Assembly: GCA_038245295.1 (NCBI GenBank)
Contig: JBBRSP010000003.1
Span: 32,001-96,000 of the forward strand
Length of the DNA: 64,000 nucleotides
Reading direction: 5' to 3'
Source of the DNA: Candidatus Binatia bacterium
GTDB taxonomy: Bacteria > Desulfobacterota > Binatia > HRBIN30
Shown: in pieces, positions 9,335-19,147 of the stretch
Position numbering within the stretch: the first letter of the stretch is position 1
How the letters are laid out: each line of letters opens with the position of its first letter
Program-made: the position numbers and the translations under genes
The notes under the pieces: model-generated
What the model was told of the DNA's origin: nothing
The model's database searches: none
What the model saw: only the letters and a program-made list of their open reading frames with translations

Positions 9335-10042
9335 CTAGGACGAATGCGCCGCCGGTAGGCGGAAGTGGGCGTAGAACGAAAGGCCCATGTAATAGGCCGG
9401 AAAGAGCAGCGACAGCCACGCCAGCAGGCTCGATGGGGCCGGCATCTGGAACATCAGCGTAAACATGGCAACACCCCACAGGCCGCCGAGGATGTAGGTC
9501 GTTTTCTGCGCGAACGGGTTGCGACTGGGGTAAAGGTAACGAATCGGCACGAAGACCATGATGGCGAAGAGGATGAGCAGCGCAACGTTGAACCATGGCG
9601 GGGTGCCGAGCACGTAGTAGTAAAAGACGACGATGTTCCAGTACGACGGGAAACCGGTAAAGAAGTGGTCCGGCGTTTTGGCCGAGGTTTGGCCGAAGCC
9701 ATAGCCGCTGGCTAGAAGAGGCGCGCCGCAGGCGACCAGGCCAATCCAATTCGGTGGCACGAGGCCGGCGTGGTAGGCGAGCACGACCGGTACAAGGACA
9801 TAGTTCATGTAGTCGACGATGTCGTCGAGACGTGCCCCGTCGAACTGCGGCAGGACTTCCTTGACCCGAACGCGCCGCGCCAACGTCCCGTCGGTGGCGT
9901 CGATGAACGTCGCAACCGCCATCCAGATGAAAGCCAGCGAGTAGTGACCTTCGTAGATGGCAATCAGACCCAGAAAGGCGAGAACGCTCCCAATCCCCGT
10001 GTAGACGTGGACCCCCCACGCCAAGCGCTCACGCAAGGTCAT
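9335..10042 (-). CDS. pcs: Phosphatidylcholine synthase-like CDP-alcohol phosphatidyltransferase
   Basis: AWGVHVYT, DATDGTLARR...DGARLDDIVDY, KTPDHFFTGFPSYWN. Confidence 0.8.
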   Translation of the reverse strand: MTLRERLAWGVHVYTGIGSVLAFLGLIAIYEGHYSLAFIWMAVATFIDATDGTLARRVRVKEVLPQFDGARLDDIVDYMNYVLVPVVLAYHAGLVPPNWIGLVACGAPLLASGYGFGQTSAKTPDHFFTGFPSYWNIVVFYYYVLGTPPWFNVALLILFAIMVFVPIRYLYPSRNPFAQKTTYILGGLWGVAMFTLMFQMPAPSSLLAWLSLLFPAYYMGLSFYAHFRLPAAHSS

Positions 10043-10141
10043 TCGAACTCCGCTGCCGGATTGCTGCACCGATCGTACGGCGACGCGGCAACGCGGTACG
10101 GTCGGGGCGGGCGCTGGGGCCCGCCCGGTCTCCGTAAAGGT

Positions 10142-10345
10142 CTAGATCTTGTTGACGTTCGAAGCCTGTAAGCCCTTCGGCCCCTGGCCGACCTCGAACT
10201 CGACGCGTGCGCCTTCCTCCAGAGATCGGTATCCCTGGCCGTTGATGGCGGAGTAGTGGACAAACACGTCCTGCCCGTCATCCTGCGTGATGAAGCCATA
10301 GCCCTTTTGTCCATTGAACCACTTCACTGTTCCTTGAACCATCAC
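10142..10345 (-). CDS. Cold-shock protein (CspA family)
   Basis: [22 protein letters not shown]. Confidence 0.95.
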   Translation of the reverse strand: MMVQGTVKWFNGQKGYGFITQDDGQDVFVHYSAINGQGYRSLEEGARVEFEVGQGPKGLQASNVNKI

Positions 10346-10629
10346 TGACCCCCGAACTTCGGTGTGTGTTGCCTGGATTCCCGGCCCGGAAAACTTCGGA
10401 ATGTGGGGACCCGTCCCCGCGCGGCACTCGTGTGACTTCCCGTATCCAAGGTCATTCCCAGAAACACCGCGCGCCCCTTACCACGGGTTCTTGTTCTTGC
10501 GCAAATGTCGCGACGCGGTTTGCGCAGAATCCTGAAAATGGCCAGGGCGCGGTCCTGAGCTCGCTGCGGCGCGGTTGCCTTTACTCCCTCTGGAGCGGGT
10601 GTTATTCGCCGCTTCTTCTTTGGCTGGGG

Positions 10630-11229
10630 ATGACAAGACGAACTTTGCAGGCTGTAGTCGCGTTGAGCCTTGTTCTCGTTCTTGGGGGCATCCTGGTTTT
10701 GGTTGGACGCAGCCTGTGGGAACAGCGCAAGCATCATCTGCTGGATCTGATCGACGTGATTCCGGGTGTTTCGCAGCACATCCGCGACTTCCATCGCACC
10801 AAGATTGTTGACGGGAAGAAGGTTTGGGAAGTGGCGGCGCAGGATGCTCAATATCTCGAGGAGACCAAGACCGTCAGCGTCCGCGGCGTGAATTTGCAGT
10901 GGTATATGAAGGATGGGCGCTCGGTGGGTCTGAAAGGCAACGAAGGCCGAATCACCCTCGATGGGCGCGAAGTCAGCAACATCGATCTACAGGGCAATAT
11001 TGAAGTTTCTTTGGGCGACTACCATGTGCGGGTGGCCAGTGCGAGCTACGAGCAAGCCAAGGAGGCGATCCACGCGCCCGGCCAGGTCGAGATCAGCGGC
11101 CGCGCCATGGAACTGCGCGGTGTCGATATGACGATTGACGTGCAAGGCGAGCGCATGGTGCTCAATCAGGTCAACATGAACCTGCACCCGGCGGATTTCC
11201 CTCAGGGGGGCGGTGATGCACCCTTGTGA
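10630..11229 (+). CDS. lptC: LPS export periplasmic protein LptC
   Basis: Single N-terminal TM, then a beta-rich domain (KKVWEVAAQDAQY); first gene upstream of lptA-lptB. Confidence 0.75.
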   Translation: MTRRTLQAVVALSLVLVLGGILVLVGRSLWEQRKHHLLDLIDVIPGVSQHIRDFHRTKIVDGKKVWEVAAQDAQYLEETKTVSVRGVNLQWYMKDGRSVGLKGNEGRITLDGREVSNIDLQGNIEVSLGDYHVRVASASYEQAKEAIHAPGQVEISGRAMELRGVDMTIDVQGERMVLNQVNMNLHPADFPQGGGDAPL

Positions 11230-11791
11230 CGCCCGTTTGCCTGGTCGCGTCTTGATGGTGGCGATCGCCGTGCTCTGTTCGCTGCACGCGGCATTTGCCG
11301 AGCCAGCCAAGAAGGCCGACACGGCGAGCCCGGAGACCATGCTCGGCGCGTTGTCGTTCAGTTCCAGCAAGGATCCGATCGCGATCAGCGCCGACACTCT
11401 GGAGTTCGACTACAAAGGCCGTGTTCTCTCCTACAAGGGGAACGTCATTGCCATCCAGGGCGACATGAAACTGCAGGCCGACAAGGTGAATGTCACCCTC
11501 AACGCCACCGGGCAGAGTCAGCAACTGCGCGAGGTCACGGCGATCGGCAAGGTGCGGCTGGAAAAGGGGGCGCGCTGGGCGACCGCGGGCCGCGCTGTTT
11601 TCGATCAAACGCAACGTCGAGTGGTGTTGAGCGAGAACGCTGTATTGCAAGACGGGTTGAATCAGGTCCGCGGCGATCGCGTGATCGGTTATCTCGACGA
11701 GGCTCGTTGGGTGGTTGAAGGTGGCAGCCAGCGGGTGCAAGCGATTCTCGTTCCGCCGCAGCACGAGGCAACGCCTGAGGCGAAGCCGTGA
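11213..11791 (+). CDS. lptA: LPS transport periplasmic protein LptA
   Basis: Signal peptide, [27 protein letters not shown]; synteny with lptB. Confidence 0.85.
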   Translation: MMHPCDARLPGRVLMVAIAVLCSLHAAFAEPAKKADTASPETMLGALSFSSSKDPIAISADTLEFDYKGRVLSYKGNVIAIQGDMKLQADKVNVTLNATGQSQQLREVTAIGKVRLEKGARWATAGRAVFDQTQRRVVLSENAVLQDGLNQVRGDRVIGYLDEARWVVEGGSQRVQAILVPPQHEATPEAKP

Positions 11792-12528
11792 CAACCGTTG
11801 CCACGCAAACCTCGCTGCGGGCCAGCGGCCTGTGTCTGCGCCTCGGTGGGCGCGAGATCTTGAAGTCGGTGCACTTGGACGTGCAAGGCGGGCAGGTCGT
11901 CGGACTGCTTGGCGCCAACGGCGCGGGCAAGACGACGACGTTCTACACGATCGTCGGTCTTCAGCGGCCCGATCAGGGCAAGATCGAGCTCAACGGTGAC
12001 GACATCACGCGTCTGCCGATGTTCCAGCGTGCCCGCCGCGGCGTCAGCTACCTGCCTCAGGAGCCCTCGGTGTTTCGGAAATGGACCGTCGAAGAAAATA
12101 TTCTGGCGATCCTCGAGACACTGCCGCTGAGCGTCAACGAACGTCGCGAGCGCCTGGCGCAGTTGCTCGATGAGCTCAGTATCTCGCATCTGGCGCGCAA
12201 TATGGCGTACTCGCTTTCAGGCGGCGAGCGACGGCGCGTCGAGATCACACGTGCGCTGGTGACCGAACCAACTTTCATGTTGCTCGACGAACCTTTTGCA
12301 GGCATTGATCCGATTGCTATTCTCGACATCCAGAATATCGTAAGCCAGTTGAAGGGCAGAGGGATCGGAATTCTGATTACAGACCATAACGTGCGCGAAA
12401 CGCTCGGCATCTGCGATCGCGCCTATATCCTTCACGAGGGTTCGGTTCTCGAAGAAGGAACGCCCAGCGAGATCGCTCAGAGCCGTCGTGCCCGCGAACT
12501 TTATCTAGGCGAGAACTTCAGGCTCTAG
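11788..12528 (+). CDS. lptB: LPS export ABC transporter ATPase
   Basis: [51 protein letters not shown]. Confidence 0.97.
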   Translation: MTTVATQTSLRASGLCLRLGGREILKSVHLDVQGGQVVGLLGANGAGKTTTFYTIVGLQRPDQGKIELNGDDITRLPMFQRARRGVSYLPQEPSVFRKWTVEENILAILETLPLSVNERRERLAQLLDELSISHLARNMAYSLSGGERRRVEITRALVTEPTFMLLDEPFAGIDPIAILDIQNIVSQLKGRGIGILITDHNVRETLGICDRAYILHEGSVLEEGTPSEIAQSRRARELYLGENFRL

Positions 12529-12532
12529 GTCC

Positions 12533-14017
12533 ATGGCTCTCGAAACCAAGCTCTACCAGAAGATGACGCAGCAGCTCGTGATGACCCCGCAATTGCGGCA
12601 GGCCATCAAGATTCTGCAGGTGTCGCGCGCCGAGCTCGAGACCCTCATCGATGAGGAGATGGCGCAGAATCCCGTCCTTGAAGAAGAGGTCGAGGAGCGT
12701 CCGCGCGATATCGAGCAGATGCGCAGCGAATCAACCGGGCAGGATGAGCGCGCCACCGATACCGAGTGGCCCGAAACGCCGGTGGAGCGCGATACGACCA
12801 CCGAGGTCTCCAGCGATAAGATGGGCGAGATCGACTGGAAGGAATATCTCGACAACTACAGCAACGATTGGCACGAGAGCAGCGCGGCCTCGGCGGAAGC
12901 GGAAGACGACGAAGAACGGCGTCCTCTCTACGAAAATACCCTGACCCGCGAAGCCTCGCTGACCGAGCACCTGGTTTTCCAGCTGCGCATGAGTGGCCTC
13001 GACCCTATCGAAGAATCGATTGCGGCCAACCTGATCGGCAACATGGACAAGGACGGCTACGTTAAGGTCGAGATCGAGGACATCGCCTTCCAGTGCAACT
13101 ATGCCTTCGATGCCGTCGAATCGGTTCTGAAGCGGATTCAAGCGCTCGACCCGCCCGGAGTCGGGGCGCGTGATCTGCGCGAATGCTTGCTGCTGCAATT
13201 GACGATCCTGGGTGAGGAAGACGGTCTCGCGGCCAGGATAATCCGCGATCACCTCTCCTTGCTCGAGAATAAACGCTACGACCGTATCGCTAAGGAACTC
13301 GGGGTGACGATTCCCGAGGTGGTGGCCGCGGCGGGGTACATCGCCACACTCGAGCCCAAACCAGGGCGCAATTTTGGTGACGGCGACGTGCGCTACATCA
13401 CGCCCGATGTGTTCGTCTATAAAATCGGCGAAGAGCTGCTCGTAACACCGAACGACGATGGCCTGCCGCGTCTGCGCGTAAGCAACTTCTATCGCCGCGT
13501 TCTCGGTGACGGCGAGGCGAGTGATGCCAAACGTTACATCCAAGAGAAGATGCGCGCCGCTTCGTGGCTGATCAAGAGTATTCAGCAGCGCCAGCGTACT
13601 CTGCTGCTGGTGACCGACAGCATCGTGCGTTTTCAGAAAGAGTTCTTCGAGCACGGAATCTCGCATCTCAAGCCGCTCGTGTTGAAGGACGTGGCGCTCG
13701 ACATCGGTATGCACGAGTCGACGGTCAGCCGCGCTACCGCCAACAAGTACGTTCACTGCCCGCAGGGTACCTACGAGTTGAAGTTCTTCTTCACGTCGAG
13801 CCTGCAGACCGATTCCGGCGACGACATTTCCGCCGAGACCGTGAAAGAACGCATCAAGGAAATCATCGCGGCCGAAGATGCGCGCAATCCTCTCAGCGAT
13901 CAGCATATCGCCAAGATGCTTGCCGGAGAGCATGTCGGCATCGCCCGCCGCACGGTTGCCAAGTATCGCGAGATGATGGGTGTGTTACCGTCGTCGAAAC
14001 GACGTCAGGTGTTTTGA
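12533..14017 (+). CDS. rpoN: RNA polymerase sigma-54 factor
   Basis: MTPQLRQAIKILQ, HESTVSRA, RpoN box ARRTVAKYRE. Confidence 0.98.
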   Translation: MALETKLYQKMTQQLVMTPQLRQAIKILQVSRAELETLIDEEMAQNPVLEEEVEERPRDIEQMRSESTGQDERATDTEWPETPVERDTTTEVSSDKMGEIDWKEYLDNYSNDWHESSAASAEAEDDEERRPLYENTLTREASLTEHLVFQLRMSGLDPIEESIAANLIGNMDKDGYVKVEIEDIAFQCNYAFDAVESVLKRIQALDPPGVGARDLRECLLLQLTILGEEDGLAARIIRDHLSLLENKRYDRIAKELGVTIPEVVAAAGYIATLEPKPGRNFGDGDVRYITPDVFVYKIGEELLVTPNDDGLPRLRVSNFYRRVLGDGEASDAKRYIQEKMRAASWLIKSIQQRQRTLLLVTDSIVRFQKEFFEHGISHLKPLVLKDVALDIGMHESTVSRATANKYVHCPQGTYELKFFFTSSLQTDSGDDISAETVKERIKEIIAAEDARNPLSDQHIAKMLAGEHVGIARRTVAKYREMMGVLPSSKRRQVF

Positions 14018-14036
14018 GGGAGGCTGAGGGTCAACC

Positions 14037-14549
14037 ATGGATGTAACGGTTACGTTTCGCCACGTGAGTCCTTCTGTAGTCTTGCGACGTTATGCCGAGT
14101 CGAAGGTCGCACGCCTCGATCGGTTCATTCACAAGCCGGTCCAGGCGCATGTCATCTTGTGCGTCGAGAAGCAGCGCCACACGGCGGAGATCCAGATTTC
14201 CGGACACCAGTTGCATGTGACGGCAAAGAACATCACCGCCGATCTTTATGCAGCGATCGATGGATCCATCGACAAGGTGGAGCAGCAGCTGCGCAAACAC
14301 GTCACCAAACACCGTCGCGGTAAGGGCGAGATCAGTACCGCGCATGCGCTCGATGAAGCCCCAGCCAAGGTGCCGGCGTTGCGACCGCGCAAGACGGTGG
14401 TGCGAGCCATGGCAGTGGACGAAGCGCGCACGACACTCGAGACGACCGAGGTCAGCTTCGTGCTGTTCCGCAACACGGCCAACGACAGTGTCTACCTGAT
14501 GTACCGCCGCACCGACGGCCAACTCGCGTTGCTGGCGCCCGAACTATAG
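14037..14549 (+). CDS. hpf: Ribosome hibernation promoting factor (long HPF/RaiA)
   Basis: VTFRH...DLYAAIDGSIDKVEQQLRK plus C-terminal dimerisation-like domain; directly after rpoN. Confidence 0.88.
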   Translation: MDVTVTFRHVSPSVVLRRYAESKVARLDRFIHKPVQAHVILCVEKQRHTAEIQISGHQLHVTAKNITADLYAAIDGSIDKVEQQLRKHVTKHRRGKGEISTAHALDEAPAKVPALRPRKTVVRAMAVDEARTTLETTEVSFVLFRNTANDSVYLMYRRTDGQLALLAPEL

Positions 14550-14561
14550 AGAGACTCGACC

Positions 14562-15023
14562 ATGCGCATCGTCGACATTCTTCGCGAAGACGCCGTCATC
14601 GCCGAGCTCAGCGGCCGCACCAAAGATGCGGTCTTGCGTGAGTTCGCCGATCACATCGCCAGCATCTATTCCGAGATCGATGCGGCTCGCCTGCTCGAAG
14701 TGTTGTGGGAACGCGAAAGGCTTGGCAGCACGGCGATCGGTGATGGCATCGCGATTCCGCACGGCAAGCTGAGCAGCGTCACCGGGGTCGTCGCCGCCTT
14801 CGGCCGGCATCGGGATGGGGTCGAGTTCGAATCACTCGACGGCAATCCGTCGCGGATCTTCTTCGTGCTCATCGCGCCGGCCGACTCGGTGGGCTTGCAT
14901 CTGAAGGCCCTGGCGCGCGTCTCGCGTTTGCTCAAGGAAGACTCCTTCCGTAAGGCTCTCCTGGTGGCGGGCGATCGCAGCGATCTGTACCGCATCATCC
15001 GCGAAGAAGACGAGAAGTACTGA
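14562..15023 (+). CDS. ptsN: PTS IIA(Ntr)-like protein
   Basis: RERLGSTAIGDGIAIPHGK, HLKALARVSRLLK. Confidence 0.92.
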   Translation: MRIVDILREDAVIAELSGRTKDAVLREFADHIASIYSEIDAARLLEVLWERERLGSTAIGDGIAIPHGKLSSVTGVVAAFGRHRDGVEFESLDGNPSRIFFVLIAPADSVGLHLKALARVSRLLKEDSFRKALLVAGDRSDLYRIIREEDEKY

Positions 15024-15060
15024 GAGCCGCGCTCGAGCTGCTCGGCACGAGAAGACCGGT

Positions 15061-15339
15061 ATGTCGGAAGAGGCAACGACAAAGGTACTCACCATCAAGA
15101 ACCGCCTTGGCTTGCACGCGCGCGCCGCGGCGCAACTGGTGCAAACCGCCAACAAATTTCCGGCGGATATTACGGTGAGCAAGGACGGCCAGGCGGTCAG
15201 CGCCCGTAGTATCCTCGGCCTCATGATGCTCGCCGCCGGCATCGGCAGCACAATCGAAGTATCGATCACCGGCGAGCAGGCAGCCGAGGCGATGGCGGCT
15301 GTCGAACAGCTGATCGACGCCAAGTTCAACGAAGAGTAA
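15061..15339 (+). CDS. ptsH: HPr family phosphocarrier
   Basis: NRLGLHARAAA (His15) and SARSILGLM (Ser46). Confidence 0.93.
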   Translation: MSEEATTKVLTIKNRLGLHARAAAQLVQTANKFPADITVSKDGQAVSARSILGLMMLAAGIGSTIEVSITGEQAAEAMAAVEQLIDAKFNEE

Positions 15340-15360
15340 GGCAAGGTCCGCAAGCGGCCG

Positions 15361-16611
15361 CTACGACGGCCGGGGCACGCCAACCGGCACAACCGCGGAA
15401 TGGCGCCGCAGTAGCGAGTTGACGATTGCCGTCATCTGATCACAGAGCTCCTGGGCATGCTGCAGCTTCTGCGCCGACTCCTGGCGCATTCCCGTGTCGG
15501 TGAGGCCAATCAGCTCGAGATATCCGGCCGCCGCGGCGAGCGGGTTCTTCAAGTCATGGGCGACCGTCCGGGCATACGCATCGAGCTCGCGGATGAGCCG
15601 TACACGTTCGGTGACGTCGTGTAGGACGATGAGCTGACCGACCGACCGTTGCCTGTCATCACGAATGAGCGAACAGCGCACGTCGACGACCATCGTGTCG
15701 TGGGCCACTTCGCTCGTACTGCCGTCGGCGGCTTCAATGGTGCCTTGCACTCGTTCCCAAAAGGGCAGGAGTGCGGCGACGGGGTCGCCCGGCTGGCCGT
15801 TGCGGTGGATGAGATTTCGCGCCGCGGGATTGAGGTCGAGAAGACGATACTCGTCATCGATCACGATGACGCCGTCGCGATGTTGTTGGAACAACAAGCT
15901 GCGCACGGTCGGCATCACGTCGAGCAGGCGATCATGCAGGGTGACCCACGCTACCGTGACCATCGCGACGAGCAGGGCCACCGGCGTGAGGTCGATGCCG
16001 CGCGTGAGCTGCGTCAGGACCATCGCGTTGACGATGAGCGGCGTCGCCAGGCCGAGGCTCAGCACCACGATGCGGCGAATGTAGAACGTCTGCGATCCGG
16101 ATGTGTGGGCGAAGAGGGCGCCGAGAGCGCCGACGATCAGGCCGTAGGTCAGCGGCAGTTGCAGCCAGTAGAACCCTGGACCAAGCACCATGACGGGGAC
16201 GCGGGCGAAGCCGAGATCAACCCAATCGGAGGGGAGCCAGATGAGTTGGTGATAGGGGTTCGTGACAATCAGCAACAGGTTGACGGTCAACGCCGCCGTT
16301 ACGGGAAAACGGGCGATGCGCCACCACGCCGTGCGCCGCGCGTAGCGACAGGCGAAACGAAAGAAGCAGTAGGTTGCGCCAAGGATGGCCGGGGATGCGG
16401 CGCGCCGCAGCAGATCCTGCAGTGGTGGGTCGTTGATCAGGTAGGACAGCGCGTCTTCCAGGATCCACACGGCACAGCCGACAAGGCAGGCACTCATCCA
16501 TACCGCCGCGGGTTGCCGTCGCTGCCGCCAGAAGTAGATCGCCAGCGCCAGCGCCACAGCGGTGGTGGCGAGTAGGCCGTAAGGCAAGATCCAGGTCGGG
16601 TCGCGCGTCAC
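15361..16611 (-). CDS. 7TM (HisKA_7TM-like) - PAS - DHp protein lacking the HATPase_c domain
   Basis: Seven hydrophobic segments, PAS (DGVIVIDDEYRLLDLNPAA), H-box YARTVAHDLKNPL; stop shortly after DHp helix 2. Confidence 0.85.
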   Translation of the reverse strand: MTRDPTWILPYGLLATTAVALALAIYFWRQRRQPAAVWMSACLVGCAVWILEDALSYLINDPPLQDLLRRAASPAILGATYCFFRFACRYARRTAWWRIARFPVTAALTVNLLLIVTNPYHQLIWLPSDWVDLGFARVPVMVLGPGFYWLQLPLTYGLIVGALGALFAHTSGSQTFYIRRIVVLSLGLATPLIVNAMVLTQLTRGIDLTPVALLVAMVTVAWVTLHDRLLDVMPTVRSLLFQQHRDGVIVIDDEYRLLDLNPAARNLIHRNGQPGDPVAALLPFWERVQGTIEAADGSTSEVAHDTMVVDVRCSLIRDDRQRSVGQLIVLHDVTERVRLIRELDAYARTVAHDLKNPLAAAAGYLELIGLTDTGMRQESAQKLQHAQELCDQMTAIVNSLLRRHSAVVPVGVPRPS

Positions 16612-16720
16612 GGTTGTGAGTTATTCTGCCGTCGAGCCGGAAGTGCAAGCGTTGTCGACAACAAGACCCGGGGGCACGGAAGATTGCGTAGGACATCCTA
16701 CAACCGGTAAGCAGGGCGGC

Positions 16721-18436
16721 GTGTCGGCTTCGACCATTTACGAGACGGTGCCGTGGATTCTAGGCGTCGCAACCGTCGGCGCGCTGTTGCTCGGCGGGTA
16801 TGCATGGACCCAGCGGCAACAGCCTGGCGCCCGTTGGCTGGCGTTGATGCTGTTGATCGCCGCCCTGTGGGCGGCATGTGACCTCGTCAGCTTCGTTGCC
16901 GAGATGCCGACACTCGAAGGCATGCTCAAGCGTTTCACGTGGTGGCTGATTCTCGGCGGCGGGTACACATTTTTGCGTTTCGCCGGCGTTCACGCGCGTC
17001 ACGAAGCCTGGTGGGAGCGCGTGCGTCTGCCGGTACACGCGCTGATTGCCGTCAACCTGTTGCTGATGCTCACCAATGGGCAGCACAATCTCATGTGGGC
17101 CAGCGAAAAGATCGTCGACCTCGGCTTTGCGCGGCTGCCATGGCTCGAGCCGGGGCCCGCCTTCTTCTGGATCTTTCGCCCGCTGGCCGCGGGCCAGCCC
17201 CTGGCTGGAGTCGTCGTCCTGCTGATCAGCGCCTTCGGCTCCCCGGGAATCTACATCCGGCAGATCGTTACGCTAGCGATCGGTGCGGCGATTCCGGTGG
17301 TGGTCAATGTGCTGTTCGTGTCGACCTCGGCGCCCGAGCTCGACACGACTCCGGTAACCGTGGTGATCGTCGTAACTGCCTTTGCTCTATCCACCTTCCG
17401 GTTCGGCCTTCTCGACGTGATGCCGGTGGCGCGTGGAATGCTTCTCGACCAGCTCGAGGACGGGGTGATCGTCCTCGACGCGCAATGCCGTGTCGTGGAT
17501 CTCAACCCGGCGGCGCAACGTCTGCTCGGCGGCGCGGGCTTCACGCCAGGTTCACCGGTCGAGCAGCTCGTACCGTTCTGGAACGAAGTACGTGAGGGGC
17601 TCGAGAACGGTGACCAGCCAACCGTCGAAACGGCCCTCGGCGGCGAGAGCGGGAGGTTCATCGAGTTGCGTGCGTCGCGCCTCGGCGGTGAGGATGGCGG
17701 CGCAACGGGACGCGTCCTCGTGTTGCACGATGTCAGTGCGCGTGCCCGCTTGATTCGCGAGCTCGACACCTATGCGCAAACCGTGGCGCGCGATCTAAAA
17801 GCGCCGCTGCAGTCGGTGATCCAGTCGCTCGACGAATTCGCCGGGAGCGAGGTGTGCGGCGCCGACGCCACCAAATATTTGCAGGGTGCCGACCGCGTTT
17901 GCCGCCAGATGACCGGTACGATCGACGCGTTGTTGTTGTTCGCGCAGTTGCGGTCGACGGACGAAGTGCAGCTCGAGGTCGTCGACATGGCCAAGGTCGT
18001 CGAGGCGGCGCTGCATCGCTTGTCCAGTGCCATCGCTGGCGCCGGCGCTGAAATCGTCGTGCCCGAGAGGTGGCCGGTGGTGCCCAGCCGACCGCTGTGG
18101 GTCGAGGAGATATGGACGAACTACCTTTCAAACGCGATCAAATACGGCGGTCGCCCACCGCACATCGAGATCGGCGTATCGACCGAGCAAGCCGAGGTGG
18201 TGCGCTACTGGGTGCGTGATGACGGAGCCGGTCTGAATGAGCAGCAACGCGCTCAGCTGTTCCGCGAGTTCACCCGCCTTGACCCGGGCCGCAGCGAAGG
18301 CCACGGGCTCGGCCTGTCGATCACGCGGCGCATCGTCGAGAAACTCGGCGGCGAGGTCGGCTGCGAAAGTTACCCGGGGCGCGGCAGTACGTTCTGGTTC
18401 ACTCTACCCATGGGAGGCTTGGGAGGAATGGGATGA
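16721..18436 (+). CDS. 7TM - PAS - DHp - HATPase_c histidine kinase-like protein with His->Arg in the H-box (start may be as early as 16616)
   Basis: H-box reads YAQTVARDLKAPL. Intact N (NYLSNAIKYG), G1 (DDGAGL), F (LFREF), G2 (GHGLGLS) and G3 (GRGSTF) boxes. Confidence 0.88.
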   Translation: MSASTIYETVPWILGVATVGALLLGGYAWTQRQQPGARWLALMLLIAALWAACDLVSFVAEMPTLEGMLKRFTWWLILGGGYTFLRFAGVHARHEAWWERVRLPVHALIAVNLLLMLTNGQHNLMWASEKIVDLGFARLPWLEPGPAFFWIFRPLAAGQPLAGVVVLLISAFGSPGIYIRQIVTLAIGAAIPVVVNVLFVSTSAPELDTTPVTVVIVVTAFALSTFRFGLLDVMPVARGMLLDQLEDGVIVLDAQCRVVDLNPAAQRLLGGAGFTPGSPVEQLVPFWNEVREGLENGDQPTVETALGGESGRFIELRASRLGGEDGGATGRVLVLHDVSARARLIRELDTYAQTVARDLKAPLQSVIQSLDEFAGSEVCGADATKYLQGADRVCRQMTGTIDALLLFAQLRSTDEVQLEVVDMAKVVEAALHRLSSAIAGAGAEIVVPERWPVVPSRPLWVEEIWTNYLSNAIKYGGRPPHIEIGVSTEQAEVVRYWVRDDGAGLNEQQRAQLFREFTRLDPGRSEGHGLGLSITRRIVEKLGGEVGCESYPGRGSTFWFTLPMGGLGGMG

Positions 18437-18518
18437 ATCGGCAGGGTTGCCTGTTTCCCGCCACATTTGTGTGCTGGGGGGGCCGCCGGCCGGTTCCCGA
18501 ACCGCCTCTACGATCCGA

Positions 18519-19070
18519 CTACACGGATGCGGGCAGCGGAAACCGGCGCGCCGCTTCGTACAACACGATGGCGGCGGCGGTGGTGATGTTGATTGAACCG
18601 CCGACGCCATCGGTGGGGATCTCGATGCACTGATCGGCGAGATCGATGACCGCTTCGGAGACGCCGTCGCGCTCGGCGCCCAGAACCAGGCACACAGGCG
18701 CGTTGCTGTTCAATTCGTGCGGCGGGATGCTGCCGTCGGTGAGCTCCACGGCGGCGATCGAGTAGCCGGCTTCTTTGCTCCGGCGTACGATGGTCAGGGC
18801 GTCGACGCCCGACTCCCACGGCACCCAGGCGATGGTTCCGGTCGAGGCTTTCACGAGCTTGTGTTTGCTCGTGACGAGATCGAAACCGCAGATGTAGAGG
18901 CGCTCGACGCGGAACGCATCACACAGGCGGAACATGGTGCCGATATTCGGTAGATGAGTGACACCGTCGAGGACGACACGAATCGGCCGCCGCGGCAAGG
19001 TCGGGAAGATGTGCCGGTCGGGGCGCGCTGGGCGCGAGGTTGGGGGAGTGGTGCCGCCGATGCGCCGCAT
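18519..19070 (-). CDS. TrmH/SpoU family RNA methyltransferase
   Basis: VVLDGVTHLPNIGTMFRLCDAF, LVLGAERDGVS, IEIP...GSINITTAAAIVLYE. Start inferred at ATG 19070. Confidence 0.85.
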   Translation of the reverse strand: MRRIGGTTPPTSRPARPDRHIFPTLPRRPIRVVLDGVTHLPNIGTMFRLCDAFRVERLYICGFDLVTSKHKLVKASTGTIAWVPWESGVDALTIVRRSKEAGYSIAAVELTDGSIPPHELNSNAPVCLVLGAERDGVSEAVIDLADQCIEIPTDGVGGSINITTAAAIVLYEAARRFPLPASV

Positions 19071-19147
19071 CAGGGAGCTCCGGCCAGCGAGTCGCCCCGG
19101 TATGGCGGCACCCAACCGAGGCGGAAGGCGAGCGCCCCCACGCGCGG

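Noticed and set aside
10346..10500. Structured cspA-like thermosensor leader
   Set aside because: Hairpins exist, but the transcription start and conservation cannot be established from this sequence.
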